IMG/VR virus record: IMGVR_UViG_3300005663_000039
DNA: 35,603 nt
Reading direction: 5' to 3' (one strand)
Source: an uncultured virus (IMG/VR IMGVR_UViG_3300005663_000039)
Lineage: Duplodnaviria > Heunggongvirae > Uroviricota > Caudoviricetes
A program made the position numbers and the translations under genes. Positions 32,652 to 35,603 of this stretch are shown here, one piece after another; the first letter of the stretch is position 1, and every line of letters starts with the position of its first letter. The notes under the pieces are model-generated. The model was given only the letters and a program-made list of their open reading frames with translations. It was not told the origin of the DNA and ran no database searches.

Positions 32652-32892
32652 CCCCGGCGACCTGAAAGAGCTGAGACGGCGCGCCGGCATCTACCTGCGC
32701 GGGATCGGGTTGACGGACGGCCAGGTCAGCGGCTTCTTCCGCAGCAAGCGCTGCCGGGTCTACGAGCTGCGCGAGGGTCGTCATCTCCGGCTGAGCTGCT
32801 TCGACCGCGACCTGAACCGGCGGCTCCACGAGAAGTACGGCATCGGCTCAAGAGAATTCCGCGAGACGATGTGGACGAGGACGCGTGGCTGA
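32644..32892 (+). CDS. Hypothetical basic protein
   Basis: GGAGG RBS before GTG; overlaps both neighbours by 8 nt. Confidence 0.65.
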   Translation: MADPGDLKELRRRAGIYLRGIGLTDGQVSGFFRSKRCRVYELREGRHLRLSCFDRDLNRRLHEKYGIGSREFRETMWTRTRG

Positions 32893-35539
32893 GTTCGTCG
32901 ACCTGGCCCGCGTCGATCGGATCGGCCTGGACACCGAGACGACCGGGGTGACGTACGACGACCGGCTGGTGGGGCTCTCCGTCTCGCTGCCGGACGGCTC
33001 CGACCACTACTACCGCTGGGGCCACGAGATGGGCGGCAACAACTGCTCCAAGCGGGAGGTCCTCCGGTGGGTCAAGCGGGAGGTGAACCGCTCTGACCTC
33101 ACCGTCTTCATGCACTCCGCCGGCTTCGACCTCCGGATGCTGGCCTACGAGCTGGGCCACGAGCACCCGTTCCCGCGAGCCCGGGTGGAGGAGACCGGGT
33201 TCATGGCCGCGCTCCTGAACGAGCTGGAGCCGGACCTCACGCTCGACGGCCTGGGTCAGCGCCACATCGAGATGGAGAAGGAGGGCGACGAGCTGTGGGA
33301 CTTCTGCTCGCAGGCGTTCGGCGGCGGCGCCACCCGCAAGGCCCAGGCCAAGAACATCTGGCGGGCCCACGGCGACGTGGTCGAGCCCTACGCGAAGCGG
33401 GACAGCCGCATCACGCTGGGGCTCGGTGACCACCTCGGCCCGCGGCTGGGCGAGGAGGGACTGGCCGACGTCTACGAGATGGAGCTACGGCTGATCCCGA
33501 TCCTCCTGCGGATGCACATGGTCGGCGTGCCGGTGGACGTGAACAAGGCGCTGGCCCTGAAGGATAAGCTGGGCCGGCTCCTCACCCGGGCCGAGCGGAA
33601 GTGGGAGAGTGACTTCGGTGACGTCAGCTACACCAGCACGGCCCAGCTCGCGACGCTGTTCGACAAGCTGGGCCTCCCGTACCGTCGGAACCAGCCCACG
33701 GAGAAGATGCTGGAGAAGGGCATCACGGAGGGCAACGCGTCGATCACCAAGGACGACCTGGAGTACGTGCAGCACCCGGTCGCCGAGGCGATCACGCGGA
33801 TGAAGAAGCTCAAGCACTTCAAGGGCACGTTCATCGACAACTACGTCCTCGCGAACGTCGACCCCAACGGCGTCATCCACGGCGAGTTCCACCCGCTCCG
33901 GAACCCGCGGTTCGGCACCCGGTCCGGCCGGTTCTCCAGCGGCGGCGGCCTCAACCTCCAGAACGTGCCGGCCCGGGACGAGGAGTGGGCGCCGCTGATC
34001 CGCGGGCTCTACGTCCCGGCGAGCCGGACGCAGGTCTGGGAGAAGGCCGACTACTGTCTGGTGGGCGAGACGATGGTGGAGACCCTCACCGGGCCCAGGC
34101 GAATCGACAGCCTGACGGCCGGCGACAGGGTGTTTACCTGGCACGCGGGCCGGGTGTCCTGGGGAGAGGTGTCGAGGTGGGCGCGGATCGGAAGGGCCCC
34201 CACGTTCAAGGTCACGCTCGACAACGAGGGGTCGTTCACGGCCACGGGCGACCACGAGATGGTGCTGAGAGACGGCGGCAAGGTGAGGGTTGAGGACCTG
34301 AGGCCCGGCGTCGGCTTAGCCGCCTTTCGTCGAGGCTCCGCCGGGGCTGGCTACGAGACCGTCTACAGCGCCTCCGCCTTCGAGTACCGCTATACCCACG
34401 ACCTGGTGGCCGAGGCGTACCACGGGCCCAAGCCGGTGGGCGCGGAGGTCCACCACGTAGACGAGGCCAAGCGAAACAACTCGCCGAGGAACCTGGCTTA
34501 CGTCGACCAGACGGAGCACAGGGCGCTCCACGCCTTCAAGACCGTCGACGAGCAGACGCGCCTTCGCGTGCTCAGGTCGGCCCTGAGACGGCGCCGCTCC
34601 TACGCGGGTAAGGGCAACCCCAACTGGCGAGGCGGCAAGGAAGATCAAACCTGCGTGGACTGCGGTGACGCGTTCTATCAGTGGCCGAGTCAGGTAAATG
34701 TACGTTGCGTCTCCTGTCGCCGGTGCGGTGCGCCCGCTGCCCTGAACCACCGGGTCGTCAGCGTCGAGCCAGCTGGAGAGAGAGTCGTCTACCACGTCAC
34801 GGTGGAGGGGGACCACAACTTCGCCCTCTCTTGTGGAGTGTTTAGTAAAAATTCTCAGATCGAGTTCCGGTACCTGGCCCACTACGCCGGCGGCCAGCTC
34901 GCCCGGGCCTACAACGAGGACCCGGACATCGACTTCCACCAGATATGCGCGGAGCTGGTCGGCATCCCGCGACGCCCGGCCAAGAACATCAACTTCGGGA
35001 TCGTCTACGGGATGGGCAAGAAGCTGATGGCCGCGAAGCTCGGCGTCAGCCTCCACGAGGCGGCGCTCCTCCTGGAGGAGTACCACGACCGCCTGCCCGA
35101 GGTGAGCCGCCTCTACAACCGCGCCGACCGCCGGGCGAACCAGCGCGGCTACATCGTCACCTGGGGCGGGCGGAAGCGCCGGTTCGAGAAGCGCGGCCGC
35201 GGCTACGCCCACACCCACAAGGCGCTCAACGCCCTGCTCCAGGGCAGCGCGGCCGACCTGATGAAGAAGGCGATGATCTCCGTCGCCGACGGCCTGGACT
35301 GGGAGACGACGCCCATGCACCTGACCGTCCACGACGAGCTGGACTTCAGCGTGCCCCGGGAGAAGCGCGCCCGGGGCCGGTTCAACCGGGTGCTCCGCGA
35401 GAAGATGGAGGACTTTCAGCTCCGCGTCCCGGTGGTGGTCGACATCGAGTTTGGAGAGGACTGGGGCAGCTGCAAGCCAGCCGAGGAGGGCACCTGGCGC
35501 AAGCGGCGGGCTGACCTGCCCAAGAGGGCGGAGGCGTGA
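32885..35539 (+). CDS. polA: Family A DNA polymerase (3'-5' exonuclease + polymerase) containing an intein
   Basis: LDTETTG (ExoI), RSGRFSS..NLQNVP, ADY/SQIEFR (motif A, split), AKNINFGIVYG (B), TVHDEL (C). Confidence 0.95.
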   Translation: MAEFVDLARVDRIGLDTETTGVTYDDRLVGLSVSLPDGSDHYYRWGHEMGGNNCSKREVLRWVKREVNRSDLTVFMHSAGFDLRMLAYELGHEHPFPRARVEETGFMAALLNELEPDLTLDGLGQRHIEMEKEGDELWDFCSQAFGGGATRKAQAKNIWRAHGDVVEPYAKRDSRITLGLGDHLGPRLGEEGLADVYEMELRLIPILLRMHMVGVPVDVNKALALKDKLGRLLTRAERKWESDFGDVSYTSTAQLATLFDKLGLPYRRNQPTEKMLEKGITEGNASITKDDLEYVQHPVAEAITRMKKLKHFKGTFIDNYVLANVDPNGVIHGEFHPLRNPRFGTRSGRFSSGGGLNLQNVPARDEEWAPLIRGLYVPASRTQVWEKADYCLVGETMVETLTGPRRIDSLTAGDRVFTWHAGRVSWGEVSRWARIGRAPTFKVTLDNEGSFTATGDHEMVLRDGGKVRVEDLRPGVGLAAFRRGSAGAGYETVYSASAFEYRYTHDLVAEAYHGPKPVGAEVHHVDEAKRNNSPRNLAYVDQTEHRALHAFKTVDEQTRLRVLRSALRRRRSYAGKGNPNWRGGKEDQTCVDCGDAFYQWPSQVNVRCVSCRRCGAPAALNHRVVSVEPAGERVVYHVTVEGDHNFALSCGVFSKNSQIEFRYLAHYAGGQLARAYNEDPDIDFHQICAELVGIPRRPAKNINFGIVYGMGKKLMAAKLGVSLHEAALLLEEYHDRLPEVSRLYNRADRRANQRGYIVTWGGRKRRFEKRGRGYAHTHKALNALLQGSAADLMKKAMISVADGLDWETTPMHLTVHDELDFSVPREKRARGRFNRVLREKMEDFQLRVPVVVDIEFGEDWGSCKPAEEGTWRKRRADLPKRAEA
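34055..34852 (+). mobile_element. Intein (266 aa) with HNH endonuclease, inserted in polymerase motif A
   Basis: Starts CLVGETMV; block B TGDH; ends VYHVTVEGDHNFALSCGVFSKN followed by Ser; internal HDLVAEAY...VHHVDE...NN...NL. Confidence 0.93.
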
Positions 35540-35603
35540 GGTACGCCACCCGACAGATGAGCGACGGACACGTGGCCGAGGTGGTCCCCCCCCCCCCCCC
35601 CCC

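Larger units (their letters stand above)
1..35603. other. Tailed bacteriophage genome fragment (early, recombination, replication and nucleotide-metabolism regions); possibly a composite of two phages
   Basis: Dense, overlapping small ORFs; phage-type SNF2/primase/UvrD/PolA and exonuclease/Sak4/SSB modules; homing endonucleases; no cellular housekeeping operons. Confidence 0.93.

Noticed and set aside
12765..35514. Long alternative-frame and antisense ORFs (e.g. 12765-14474 -, 20215-22008 +, 23844-25904 +, 26265-27608 -, 27774-28946 -, 34316-35332 -)
   Set aside because: Shadow ORFs expected in high-GC3 DNA; low-complexity R/G/P/A or V/L/D-rich products with no motifs, overlapping well-supported genes
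27867..35539. Z-genome (PurZ) or 7-deazaguanine modification pathway
   Set aside because: No PurZ/adenylosuccinate-synthetase-like, FolE/QueD/QueE/QueC or DpdA-like motifs seen; the enzymes present are pyrimidine-directed
35586..35603. Terminal run of 18 C
   Set aside because: A homopolymer at the very end of the sequence, most likely a library-tailing or sequencing artefact
1..35603. Stop-codon reassignment, tRNA or tmRNA genes
   Set aside because: Recognisable genes are uninterrupted in the standard code and use all three stops; no cloverleaf with a T-loop or tmRNA ends was found by eye

Overview
A fragment of tailed-phage DNA containing early, recombination, replication and nucleotide-metabolism genes. 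I see no capsid, terminase, tail, lysis or integrase genes, and no tRNA, rRNA or CRISPR array. The window has two compositionally distinct parts. The left part (1 to ~10.9 kb, about 50% GC in spot counts) has small hypothetical genes, a structured intergenic region, an HNH homing endonuclease that has captured and re-supplied the 5' end of its target gene, a PD-(D/E)XK exonuclease / Sak4-like ATPase / DUF669-like SSB module, an enlarged GroES-like protein and a ParB-methyltransferase fusion. The right part (~10.9-35.6 kb, about 65-70% GC) has small genes, a dCMP deaminase, a resolvase-like nuclease, a leftward operon led by DUF932, and a rightward replication operon (SNF2 helicase, GIY-YIG endonuclease, SSB-like protein, AEP primase, UvrD, family A polymerase with an HNH intein). 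The strongest candidate for a new system is the overlapping-gene cassette at 27867-32651, just before the polymerase. It encodes a C5 DNA methyltransferase-like enzyme with intact catalytic but altered cofactor motifs, a MazG/dUTPase-like + nucleoside-deoxyribosyltransferase-like fusion, an NMP kinase + UDG-like fusion, a thymidylate-synthase homologue with the cytosine-specifying Asp (fused to endonuclease VII), and a separate ThyX. This points to an uncharacterised cytosine modification pathway. All family calls are by motif recognition; no database search was run.
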